Origin: Raillietiella orientalis
Lineage: Eukaryota
DNA length: 64,000 nt
Assembly: GCA_036172245.1 (NCBI GenBank)
Contig: JAYWIR010000058.1
Span: 496,001-560,000 of the forward strand
Direction of reading: 5' to 3'
The translations under genes and the position numbers were made by a program. This document shows positions 45,897 to 58,200 of the stretch, piece by piece (position 1 is the stretch's first letter; every line of letters starts with the position of its first letter). The notes under the pieces are model-generated. The model was not told the DNA's origin. It worked only from the letters and a program-made list of their open reading frames with translations, and searched no databases.

Positions 45897-48800
45897 AGAG
45901 CAGCTGCAGATGCCTTATCCACCTTGCTCGGATTGCAGGCTTGTTATACACGCCAGATGTATAAGAATCACTGGCTATAGCACCGCTTTACGCTGCTAGC
46001 CTTCGGACAGCGGCCTGTCTGATCCAAAGACTTCAAGGGAGGGCAACAAAGCGTGAGCTGGAGGATGCGCCAGGCGACGGCATCCAGTCATTCCTAGCTT
46101 CCGTGTTTCGCTCTTACGCAATGGATGGGAAGGGCAGGGAAGTATCTCGGACTGTGTGCCCCGACTGCTTCCGTCTTCCCCAGAGAGACAGCATCTGCCC
46201 TGCAACTACGGCCAAGAGTGTCCCGCACCGCGCGAGGGACACATGACAGCAGGAAAGCTGGCGATTGGTGAGCTTTCGTCTCCGATCTACGCCTAAATCC
46301 GAAACCGTTTCGGCCAGCATGCAAACCGTACTCCAGGTCGTCATTCTGCAGAATCTTCAAAGGACGCTGGGTGGCAACCGGAAGCCAGTAATCGCGTGGA
46401 AGATGACTTTTAGAAGGTATCGAAAATGAAGATGCGCACACAGCACGTGGAGTGGAATTTCATCCGGCGACGTCTTGATTGCTGCACTCCACACTGCATC
46501 TCGCCCACAACGCTTTTCCGTGGGCCTACACATCGCTTCATCCTGTAGCTGGAGTCGATCGGCGGGCTGCGCGCTTAACCTCCGATCCATGTCCTTCTGA
46601 GCTGCATTTCGAGGCTGATCAGCGCGCCTCCGCGGATGGCGTGTTTTGGCTCCTCCTTGCAAGTCGGAAAGATCCCTAGCCCACTTTCTTTTTCTCCCTT
46701 GTTTTTCTTCTTTCTAGAATCCTTCGCCAGCTGCACGTTCGCGACAGGATTCGTGGATAGATCGTTGCCGCACTTCGTGATGATGGGGAGATGCGATCGA
46801 TGCCCATTCTGCTTCTCAACGCCCATGACGGCCACGCGTGCGCGAGAATCGCGCATCCTTGCGTCACGTACGTTGTCGTCAGTTCCGGCAGGAAGGCACT
46901 GCCAGGCTGAGGCTGACCATTGCGAGGGCAACGCTGCGTCGCAGGTGTGTGGAATGGAATCATCGTCGCCCGCGCCGCTCAAATCCAAACGCTTTCCCGC
47001 GTTTCCCCCCCACCTTTTTCATCTCGCACACTGAGCATCGTGCAGAGAAGCGTGAAGTCAGTCCCCATCCTTTTTCCCTTCCTTCGGTAAAAGCCGACCC
47101 TTCTGCCCACTGCCTGATCCAAGCAAATTTTTGTTTGTTCGTGTTTCTTCCCAGATGCTGACGTCACTTTCCGCGGAGGAGGAATGCTTTCTGTCTCTAT
47201 CTCTGTATGGGTCTCCTACTGGCTAACCATCTTCTTTCTCTCTTCGGTCCAGATAACTTGCCTTTTTTTCGAGCACCCTCAAACTTGCTTCCAGATGGAA
47301 TTCGGGGGAGAGGGAGGTCGCTAGAGAGGCAAATTTGCAAGCAGCGGCTTTCCAGAGTGACGACCTGTGGAAGCCTCGTAACTCAAGTAGGAGGCAGAAC
47401 GCTGGAAAGAGCAGGTCCAGGGGTTGTTGTGGTTCCCCCCCTCTCTTCGGGAGCTTTTCTTGCTCCCCTCCCTTCCTGTAGTCGAGAAAGAAGGAGCCAC
47501 GAAGGGGAGGGTCCCCCGTAAGGCGAGAGCGAGTTTTCCGACGACGGCTTGCGAGGCCGAGTCCCAGCGGAGACGAAGAGGCGTCTGGGACGCTCGCGGC
47601 TCCTTCGTCCTCCCGTTCTACTACGGAGCATCTCGGCAGCGCGGAGGAGGTATCTCTGCTACCTCCTCCGGGAGGCGGAAGGACTGCATCGATCCCGGAG
47701 GAAGTGAGGCACATCAGCGAGTACCGCGCAGTCGCAAGTGATGTCCCGGATAAGAAGAGGAGAAAAAAATGAACTTGGGAAATCCTACGGCTTCCCTCTC
47801 GTGCGTGAAGAAAGCTGAGGACGCTCGCGAGGGAAACGAGGAGAAAGTGGGGTCCTCCCTTTCCGGCGGACATCTCCTGCGCGTGGGAAAAAGGGCCCCC
47901 CTTCTCCCCACTTGTTCCTGCCTCTTTTCCTGGAGGAGGCGATACGCCCCTTGCGCGCTACTCTTAGGGAGAGTAGGCAGACGCCTTCTCTGAGCTCCCC
48001 CCCACCTTCCTCCTCCCGAATGGTGTCAAGCGATGGGCAGCTCTCTCAGTCCTGGAGCCCATTCAGATGGAACCAGGGCACCGACCAACCTCCTGATCAC
48101 AAAGGGGACGCCTTAGGAGGGATACGCAAAACTGTTTTATCAGGGAAAAGGGGAAACAGAGGGTAAGAAAGGCGGGAATCGAAAGTGGGTTGGTTGCCTT
48201 GGTGACGACAACTTCTTCCACGACGATAGCGACTTTCGTCAGCTGGTCCTCGCTGGTCCAGGAAAGCATTCAAATGAGGACGCCCGCAACGCTCTCCCCA
48301 CCCCCAGACTTGCTCAAATCCCAGATGAAGCCTTCTCTCCCTTTTCCTCTTCGTCTCTCCAGGACTCTCTGGACTCGAGCATAGAGCTGGACGATTCGTT
48401 CCGCTTGCTGTTCATCCGAAGACCTAGGTGGGTCCCTCGCACGGCGGATGGCTTTTGTGCCTCCTTGCTCACGACAAGGGTGGTGGTGGGTGGCTCCACC
48501 ACCTTCCTTGCGATCGCTATCCGGCCAATGCCTCCCGTCTCTCCGCAGCATTGCCATCTTGAGCACCCGCCGAGCGGTTCATCCAGAACCGGGAAGTCTC
48601 GGCGGAGGGAGGAGGCAGCTCGCGCGTGGTCGGGAAGCTGAATCGATCGTTCTGCTTCCGTCTCGTTCTGAAGGAGGGAGGAGAGGGAGGGAGGACTGCT
48701 GCCGCGTCGCTGGCAGCGTTCCCCATCTTTTATTCACGGTAGCCTCCTTGCCCGTTCCTCCTGGGGCTTGGTCACGGGCACCACGTGAGGACAGCTGCGA

Positions 48801-48936
48801 GTCGCGAGTCGCCATCCTGCGAGGAAGAACACAGCGGCAAGGGAAAACAAGAATCTGCGCCGCCGAACGCTTTCGTGCTGCGCCTCCGCCGCGAACCCAA
48901 GCCGAAGCTGCGAACGCGTTTGCGCTCCCTACGGCT

Positions 48937-48946
48937 GTGACGTCAC
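48937..48946. promoter_or_regulatory. Full CRE palindrome GTGACGTCAC in a CpG-rich stretch, possible promoter region of the NWD-like gene
   Basis: TGACGTCA here and again at 47159-47166; motif match only. Confidence 0.25.
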
Positions 48947-51900
48947 CACTCCGACGCCCAGGTTTCTCTGCGCGAAGGAAAAATCTTCTCCCCTCCCCGA
49001 AAAAGAACAGGGGAAACAACATAAAAAGAAAACCTCTGCAATTTCTTGTTGGCTGGAACACACGCGTCAGGCAATCCCCACAGTTAAGCAGCCTTCCCAA
49101 CTTAGCAGCCCAGAATCACACACACGACACCACCGCTGCCTCCATGACAACCGCTCGGTGCACGGCAACCTTCCAAGCTGCGGAGGGAGGAGTGTGAGCC
49201 CGCTCGTGCAAGCAGCTTGGGGGAGGAAAGGAAAATTCTTCGAAAACTTAGTCGTCTTTCTTGATCGTTCTTTTATTTGCTCAGGTAAGCAGTTTTCTTT
49301 TAATGTCGAGCTCCAGCACAAGTTGGAGCTGCGAGCTCGACAACCGTCATATGCGGGAGTAGGAAATCATCCTAGTCACAAGTTTCACAGCACTTTTTTT
49401 TTTTTTAGGGCATCTTTTGCATGCCCATGGGTCCGTCGCGTAAGAGGCTGAGAAGGCTTTTTGTGCCCTGGCGATCGCATTCGATGCATGTGGGAGAAAG
49501 AAAACTGCGAATATGTCGTCCCTGTGTTCGGGAAGTGAAAGCTTAGGCTTTCGCCTCCCGAACTCTGTCCTCCAGTATACACATCACTGGAGAGACGAAC
49601 AGGGGCGAATTCACAGAAAGGGAAAAAAGTTTCAAAGCCGCCGGCCGCAGAAAACCATCCTCGTCCTCCTTCTTTCTCGTGTTCCGGGCAACTTCCATTG
49701 TCGTCTGAAGGAAATTCTCCCCGCATGGCGGTGCCAGTCTCAGCCGCAACCCACACCGTTGAACGCGTTCCCAACGACTGCACGGTCCTAAGCACGGACA
49801 GGGAAAAGGCGCGATGAAGAGTTTGGTTCTCGTTGTGTCTTTAGGTTTTTCATTTTCCCTGGTCTCACCGTCTCCTTTCAGGAAAAGTTCATCAGTCATC
49901 ATGCAACCTATCCCTACGGCAAGATGAAAATACGTCGTGAAAATGGGTGGAAACTGTGCATCGAAAAGGAAGAAAGCGGATCCTTCATCCAGGTACGGGA
50001 AGCCAGTGATTTTTTGCCCCATATGTAGAGTCCCAACGAACGACGTGCAGCGTGTGCGTTGCTAGTCAAGTCGGGATGCACGTTAGGTGTGGGCATTCAA
50101 TGCTTACGGGGCAACCACGGGAGCATGGTAACAATAGGTTTGGGCGTAGGAGCGTAGGATTCCACGTCTTTTTCATTTTCATTTTTTATTCTCTTGTCCT
50201 GTGATGGTGATGCTGCTCAGCTCGTTTCCTCGCGTGGTTCCCCATTTTATCCACTTCCCATGTTGACACGGGACGCTCTTTTGAAGAAATTTATTTGCGG
50301 AAGAGCCGTACACACTCAGCAGCACTAAAAATAGTAAATGACTAAGCTTGGTCGCGTCACTGAATCGCCCTTAACCAGAACGGGGAGCTGGGAAGCCGCG
50401 TCCGGACACCACCAAGGGATCTCTGAGCAAGAGAGAGAATCGGGCGAACTGCACGCCGGGTAGAAGACACGATTTTGAGAATCGGCACTCAAAGATTCTT
50501 TGATACTTGGGTGCAGTGCGGAAATCGAAAACAATGAAACTGTGAGGAGAAACAGAGAACAGAAACAAACAACACGATGCAAACCACGTGACAAGCACCC
50601 ATGCCTTCCACGTGAGGTTCTCTTAAAGATGGAACAATCTGCGATTAATCGATCATAAGCGATACAAGAGATTTAAGAAAAACAAAAACAAAAACAAAGA
50701 AAGTCTGCGCTTGACTAGAGTCTTGGTAAAGAGGCAAACGTGTGAAACGCATGGCAAAAGTACGGCAGCACGCGTGTCTGCACTTCTCTTGAACGACATC
50801 CCATGGATGCGTCTACGAGGCCCTGTCTACGACCGCTGCCGCCTTTTTCGTAAGGACTTCGCTCTCTGCAGGAAGTGGTGAACTCCATCCTTCATTTCTC
50901 CTGTTGTGTCGCTCAGGGTCCTCGAAGGACGAAACAGGGTTTGAGAGAGTCATTATCGGTCAGTTGAAGCTGCAAGTGCTCTTTGCGCTGGTAAGGAAGA
51001 CTTCCAAGATGGGATAGCTCCCTCCACGCTCCACACGAAACGAGTCATCGAAAGACAGCGGTACACTTAGGAACGAATGAGCACGCAAGGAAAATATTTC
51101 CGCTCTGTCCTTTCGAGCGCGTGATTTCACGTGGCCATTTCCACCCAGACTTGCTAGGGGACAGGTCCTCCTCGATCCACAAGGTGCTGAAGCATGCCTA
51201 TTGTAATGTTGGAGGTGAGCTCAGTGATTCTTTTGCCTAAGTTATGGATGTCCACACCAGCGTTGTTGACCACAGCAAGATTATTGTGGACAGTCTTTTC
51301 CAACTCCTAGGAGAAAAGGTTTAGCCTAGAATACCAGGTTGATAGAGTTAATCGTCTCGACCAGTCGTCACACAAGACATTCTCAGCCGAGAATGCTTAT
51401 AATAGCCTGAGCCAAGATGAGACCTTATGCTGTGGTCTTTCAAACATTGGGGTATAATAGCGTGAATGATCCTCGTGGCTTCCGTATCCATGAAGGAGAA
51501 AAGGTTTTTGCAACCCAATTAGCCCCTGAGCCCTTTACTGGCACGTTGCTGTTCGAACACACACATATCTTCACGACTGAAGGCCGCTCGATCTCCTTTC
51601 CTGGATGAGAATACTTCATCCAGAGACATTGCAGCGACGTTCAGTTTTCTCGGATGCCATTTGGCAGTTTGCGCTTCCGTTCCAATTACCTCTCTCACTG
51701 GCAATGTGCCTGAGACGGTGCAACTCTGGTGAGGGGTGGTCCCTTGATCCTATGAGGACACGATTGTGTGCTTGGTCACGAAGCCTTCCTCGAGCGTGCG
51801 CCCTCGACATGCTTGCCTTTCTCGATGGCACAGCCCTCACGGTGCACGCGATGTCTGTAGTGCGTTGACAGAGGTGGCAGCTCCCTCGGTCTTCTGTCTG

Positions 51901-54900
51901 CATCGATGATCTTACTTGGATGGCCCTATCCAAGTGATAATTTCTAGTTCGATTGCGCTGCTCTTTCTAGAGAAGCGCTCGGATTGTAAGTCGATTACAA
52001 CCATTTCCTGGAGACTGAAAGCGCTGAGAAGTTAGGGCATGGGAGGACGCAAGTAAATCAAGGGAACCTGCCGAAGAGTTCTTTGAGAATCTGTGCCTTG
52101 CATTTTGGAACTGTCTGAGCATTGGTCTAAAAACTGCTTTCTCTGGAGAAGAGCTGCAGTCCAGGCATACAAGAAGACCTGGATAGACTCTTTCTCTCCC
52201 TTCGATCGCACTTTGTCTTAGATTTCCAGCTCCTGTTATCCAGTTTATGAGGTGCTTCCCTTTCCATTGGCCATCCTGGGTATGGAGGACCTGGTTGTTT
52301 TTCCCTCTGCTCTTGCAGGCCTTGACTAGCTCAGAGGTCGTTGATGGAGTAAGGAAGGAGGAAAATCATCCGAGAGGAAGTGTCAGATAGGCGAAAGAAT
52401 GGATAGGACCACTCTTAAATGCTCTCACAGTTTACGAGAGGAGAAAATCTCTGTGTCGAAACAGAACGCGCTACTGACGTTGCGAGTTTGTCGGAGCCCT
52501 TTCTTCCGACTACGGACGCGGAGAACTTCTTGGCTAGAAAAGGGAGGGGGAGAATTCCACCCTTTCCTTGTAAAGGTAATATGTCGCTTCCCAGAAAGAA
52601 CTCGAAGAAGCTTCTATCGCCGCTCAAGGAATGTGGCTCTTGATTCCTGCTCATGGAAAAAAGAGGCGCAGACAAACATTGGGACTTTCACTTGGAGGGA
52701 AACAGCCTTCGTATAGTGCAGCAGGCGTACCCATCTCCTCTCGCTGTATGTTCCCAACAAGCAGTCAAAAGAAGAGGGTAGCGCTTGGCGTCGCGAAACG
52801 AGACCTTCCAAGCCTAAAGGGCTTGGATTACAACAATTGGCAACCCAACCTTCATTTGGCATGCCAGTGTCCAGTGCACTTAGCATTTCAGTTGTTGGAC
52901 TGCAGTGTTATCCAGTGGACTTCGGTCTTTGTGGAGCCACTAGCTCAGTCATCCACTATGCTTAGAGTAGCCATTTCTCTGGTCCATATACGATCTGCAG
53001 TGACGGGTTCTCCGGGACTTACCTCGGACTTCTTCACGTCCTTCCGGACGGTCCTCGATCGGCAGCGCTTACTGGGAAGATAATTTGTGTCGGAGGGGTC
53101 ATGGCACGCAGAAAACACCACTGCTGCATAGGCAGTACGCAGGCGCGCTACCTGCGAGCTGGTCTTAGGGACACCGAATGCTTTCAGCGGCTGCAGGAAT
53201 TTGCAGACTCCTAATGCTCACTAATCGCCTCCAGGGAACATGGAGGGCTTCCTTTAGCATGCTAGTAGGCGGCAACCTGCCCACTTGTTGCTTCACATGC
53301 GGACGGAGTGGGATGGTCGCTGGTGGAAGATCCGTCTGAAGACAGATGAGAGCAAGTGGAGGCGAGGACAGAAATATGCGAGTCGAAAGTCTTCCTCGTC
53401 AAGTTCCTCACAGCAACTGCAAAGGATTTTCCCCAAGATTCAGCATCCTCCCTTCAGGAAAGCCCGTCTGTGCCTCCGGAGGGCCATGCGAAGGCGGATA
53501 AAGCTGAAGAAAGCAGCATCTTCGCCAGCTTAGAAGAGGAGATCCAGAAGTATAACTTGGGCGAACTGCACATGGTTTCTTGGAGCGTCCCTGTTTTTTT
53601 TTTTCCTTTCCGAGTGTGCCACTGAGTGAAGATGGTTCCGGAGTAGCTCTGCTTGCATTTCTCCCTGAAGTCCCACAGGAAGTATCCATTGCCCGCCTGG
53701 AGACGACCCATGCATACCGGTAATCGATCGAAAGGACGAATCGCCTCGCTGCTTACGATGACTGTCCTCTCGCTCTTTGTCCGCAGCTTTGTGGGAGGGA
53801 CTGGACGCTGGACTGCTGTGGGACCTGTGGAACGGCTCCACACTTTGTAAACGGACCATGCCCCACCACTGGCCGCATCCCCGAGAGGGTCTCCCATTCT
53901 CCTCTTGCCCCATCGCTGCGCAGAGTTTAGCGAGAACTGTGCTGGTTCGCATCCCACAGAAATCCGTGGGATGCAAGCAGCATCAGGGAGAGCCACCGTC
54001 CTTCCAGGAAGGGAAGAATTGCACGTCGGGCCACACGCACCTCGAACCTTTACTCACTCACCCCTTGGGACTTTGGTTGCGAAGGGGGATAGTAAGAAAC
54101 TTTTTGATTCTCCTTCGTTTGTCTCGGAGGCTATCGAGGCATCAACATCCTCTCTTGACTTTCCACGACCTCCTCGCCTCCCTCTCGCGGTTGCCGGTGC
54201 CTCGCTCCGTTCCCTTTCGCACCCTACACGCACGAGACTCCGAGAAAGGCACAGCCCTTGTTCTCCCCTACTTCTAAGGATGACTCGAGAACTCGGAAGC
54301 CCACTGTGGATATTTCCACCCCATCTTTTGATTTTACCTCCCTTTCCTCTTTCTTTCGCTTTCGTTTTTTTGATGATTCGCCTACGGCCACTGCGTGGCA
54401 CTCTCGGCTGAAAGCCTCGGAAGTTTTCTCAAGCAAGCAAAGGCTCACCCTCCATTCAGCTTCTTGGAGCTCCACTACCGTCTCTGAGACTCACGGCTCG
54501 CAAACCTGGCACACCTCGGCGTCCCCTCTTCCCTGGTTCATAGCATAGAGAGGCTGCCGTTGCTCCTCCTGCTTCAGGGAAGTCCCTAAGAAGGCGAGAT
54601 GTTTTCTCCCTCTGGCAGTGCTGAAACCCAGACTCACCTCATGAATGATCCTTTTGCGCTTTCGGCTTCTGGGCCAGTCGTAACCCTTTTCCACACCAGG
54701 GACTCCCTTTATACCCGCTGCGATGCCTCCACGCTCTGCGTAGCTCCTCAACCTTCCCCTTCTTTAGGGAGAAGTTCTGGAAGAAGAGTCTCTTGATGCC
54801 GATGAAGCACTTTTTGGGAGAGGAGTGGGACCTCTCGCTTCTTTTTCTTGGGCGAATTTTTGAGCCCGGTGGCGTCTCTCTGGCCCTCCCTCTCACGGGG

Positions 54901-54941
54901 ATTTGCTGAAGAGCCGCTGATGGCGCCGAGCTCTGTTGCAG

Positions 54942-55282
54942 GAACGCCTCTGGGAGGAGCACCGCGACTGATGGCTCCCCTTCTAGGGACAGGGCCTTCC
55001 GTGTCTTAGGAGAAGGTGCCTCCGAGGGTCCCTCATCGGCCACATGTCCAGAGCCGGGTGTGCCGAGTCTTCCTCCGGCCAGTCTGGAGCCCCCTCCCTC
55101 CAGCAGAGTGCCTGAGCAGCGAGATGTTCCGGAGCACCTGACCCCGCGTTGTTGCGGCGCGCTGCCTCGCGTCGTGAGCTCCCTGCTCCACGGTCACGTT
55201 CACCCGCAGGCGCTCCCGGATACGGCGCACGGGTTCTGGAGAAACCGATCCGTGGTGGTGCTCCTCCTCATGGCGGACGATG
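54942..55282 (+). CDS. NWD-like exon, low-complexity N-terminal region to ...SLLHGHVHPQALP...SVVVLLLMADD
   Basis: ctgttgcag|G acceptor (phase 2), G|gtaggt donor, open frame; 5' boundary less certain. Confidence 0.6.
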
Positions 55283-58200
55283 GTAGGTAGCATCTTCCCT
55301 CACTGCCACCTGAGTTTCCTCTCTACCGGGGTGTGTTTTCGGGACGCAGATAGACGCGCGGGAGTCTTTCGCAAGCCCTTGACTCACCTGCATGAGAGGT
55401 GTCTCCGTCAGAAAGTGGACTTCAGCGTGGTCAACCTGCACGGCGAGAGCATGCGCCACCTTCAACGCCATCCCAGGTTCCTCGAGTTCTGCCTAGAGAC
55501 CATAAGCAGTGAGTAGAGCACCTCAACCCCAGACGCTCTCCCGTGCGAGCAGCGGCACGCTTGTTTTCCGCTTTCCGCGGGAGGAGGAAGAAGGGAAGTA
55601 GAGGCTGCTGCCGAGATAAAAGAGCGAGGCGGGGGATGCGACCAGCCTGCTGCGCGGTCTGCTGACTGACAGGCGAAGCGGCCACTTCTTCCTGCCCGGG
55701 GAACGGGAGTCCTTGGCTCTCCAGAGAGCGTCCGTCTGCCTAGTCGGAAGGCTGCTCGCGCTTAAGCTGGCCCCGAGATCGGCTGGTTACCGAACAACGG
55801 CAAGGAAAGAGAAAGAGGATAGGGGGTTCGAAGCAGGGGGAGGAAGAATGGGGTAGCCCTCTTCCGCACATGCGCTCGTGGCGGAACGAAGAAGGGCGGC
55901 CTCCTGTTCCCCTGACGCCATTTCTTCCAGGACTCTGCAAGCACTCCGAGCTGATCCCGCTGATCGTACTCCCTGAACAGCCACCTGGACCCTCTCTTCC
56001 CTCCTCCTTGCAGACCCGTTTCCTGCCCGGGGAAGTCCTTCCCGAGGCAGGGAAGTCGGACGCGCCCTACCGGAGGCACGCACTCTTCGAAGAGATCTGC
56101 ATTCTCGACCCTGTGAGTGCTCCTATCCTTCCGGGTGGAAGGATGGCGTCAGCATCCGCGCAAGGACTCCTCGCGTCCTCGGCGGACTACTGACGTCCCC
56201 GCGCGAGACTCTGCCTGCAGGGTTTCTCATTCCACTGTCTCTCACGCCTGCAGGGAGCGTTCCCGGAGGGTTGCGACCAGGCCGCCATCTTCCTCGCAGA
56301 CCTCGTCGGAGGCAGCAAGATCGCCCACGCGGCTTTCCCTTACTTCGACCCCACCTTTGTTCAGGTGAGAAAACTCTTCGGTATAGCATCCCCTTCTTTC
56401 CCTTCCTTGCCGGACAGGAAGCCCTGGCTATCGCGGGTCGCGAGGATCTCCACCAGCAGATCGTTGTCGTGGGGCATTCCAGCTCACCGTCTCCTTCCCC
56501 ACCCGAGGACCCCTTGGAGAGGTATCTGCACCATCGAGCAAAGCAGGTCGAGGAGGAGCTCCAGGTAGGGCGTGGAGTGGAGGGGAGGACGTGGCGCCCC
56601 CTGTTTACGCCGGGAGCGCCCTCCCTCAGGGTCTGGCGGACGAGGACAACCTCGTGGAGTACGCCGAGACGTGTGGGGGATCGCCCTCGGGGGACAATGA
56701 GAGGGAGGGGACGTCTCGTCTGGATTCCCTCCTGGTCCCGATCCTAGACCGCACCGTGGACTCCTTTGATAGGAAGGTGAGCGAGGCACTTCCGTTCCTT
56801 CTGATGCCGCTATCCACCCCCCGCACCACCCGACGCCTGGAGACCCTTGCGCTTCCAGGACCAGCCCTTCTGGCCGACTCCTCCCATAGAGGAGACGCTG
56901 AGGGAGGTGTGGAGCCACTCGCTTGCCCTGCGGTCCTATCAGAACGCCTGTGTGGATCGGCCTGACGGAGTGATCCCGCGGCTCATCCAGTGAGTTCGCG
57001 ACGGGCGAGCTGGGGGATGGTGCATGGAGGGGGGGGGGGGGGTAAGGGGCCTCACCCTAACCTCTACTCACTCCCGTATCCCCTTACAGGTTCCTGTCTG
57101 GAGGTGCGGTCGTACCGTGCGTCCTCGTAGGCGAGTCTGGCAGCGGCAAGTCTTGTGCGGTGGCGCGTGTCGCCGACAAGGCCGGCGCCATGTTCGGCGC
57201 CTACGTGTCCGTGGTGTACCGGGAGGTGGGCACTTCCGTGGACAGCCTGCGGGCGGAGTCCCTGGCGATCGGCATCATCCGGCAGATCTGCTTCCTCCAC
57301 GACCTGCCCTGCTGCACCCAGGTCCAGGTGAGGCGAGTGCCCCGGCCCACCCTCACGCCCTGCTCACCCCGTCTTCTTGGTGGATCTCCTGCCACTTGCA
57401 GAGATTCCTGCTATCGCCCGCCGACTTCCCTTTACTGGAGGAGCCCCTAGTGGCAGCTGGAGGCGGAAGACTGCTGCTGATCATCCTGGACGGGCTGGAC
57501 AAGGTGGGCAGCAGACCAGGGTAGCGCGACCAGGCCATCCTCCGTCGTTCCAGCTGCTGGACGCGCCCTCTCCTGCGCTGGAATGGCTTCTGTACCCTCC
57601 GGCTGCCGCTCGTGCCAAGGTGCTGCTCACTGCTACGCCCTCCTGCGCGTTCTGCAGCCGCCTCGCCAGAGGTGGCGCCCTCCTCCTTCGGGTGAGACTC
57701 GCCTGAGACTTGCGTCCCTCCTCTCACCTACTCTTCCTAAGGTCGAAAGCTTCCAAGCCGAGGACGCGGAGATCTTTCTGACCAACCTGCCCGCTGCCCG
57801 CAGGGCACCCATTTGCTCCGGCGACCGCTGGAGGGACATACTGAGCACGCTGAGGGGCGGCGCGGACCCCTGCCACCTGCAGGTAACGTGGAGTGGAGGG
57901 AGGAGGGCAGAGTGGAGCCCCACGGCTACCCTGCCCGCGGCGACTTATGCAGTCCCTTTTGAGTCACCTCTGCTGGCGCGACTCTCCCGGCGTCCCCGCG
58001 TCGAAGGAGGATATCCTGGTCTCTCAGCTGGGCATCCTGGAGCGGCTGCTCAGCAGACCGAGGGTGAGGCTGCCCCTCATCCTTTGCTCAGCTCTCCTGG
58101 GTTCTCCCCAGGTGGAGACCATCCTTCGAGCCATCTACTTGAGCCGCCACGGTGTCGGCGACGCCCGCCTGAGCGAGCTGGCTGCGGGCGCCCAGCTGCT

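Noticed and set aside
46000..54900. Many overlapping 100-250 aa ORFs on both strands
   Set aside because: Expected in GC-rich DNA; Arg/Ser/Pro-rich with no recognisable domains.
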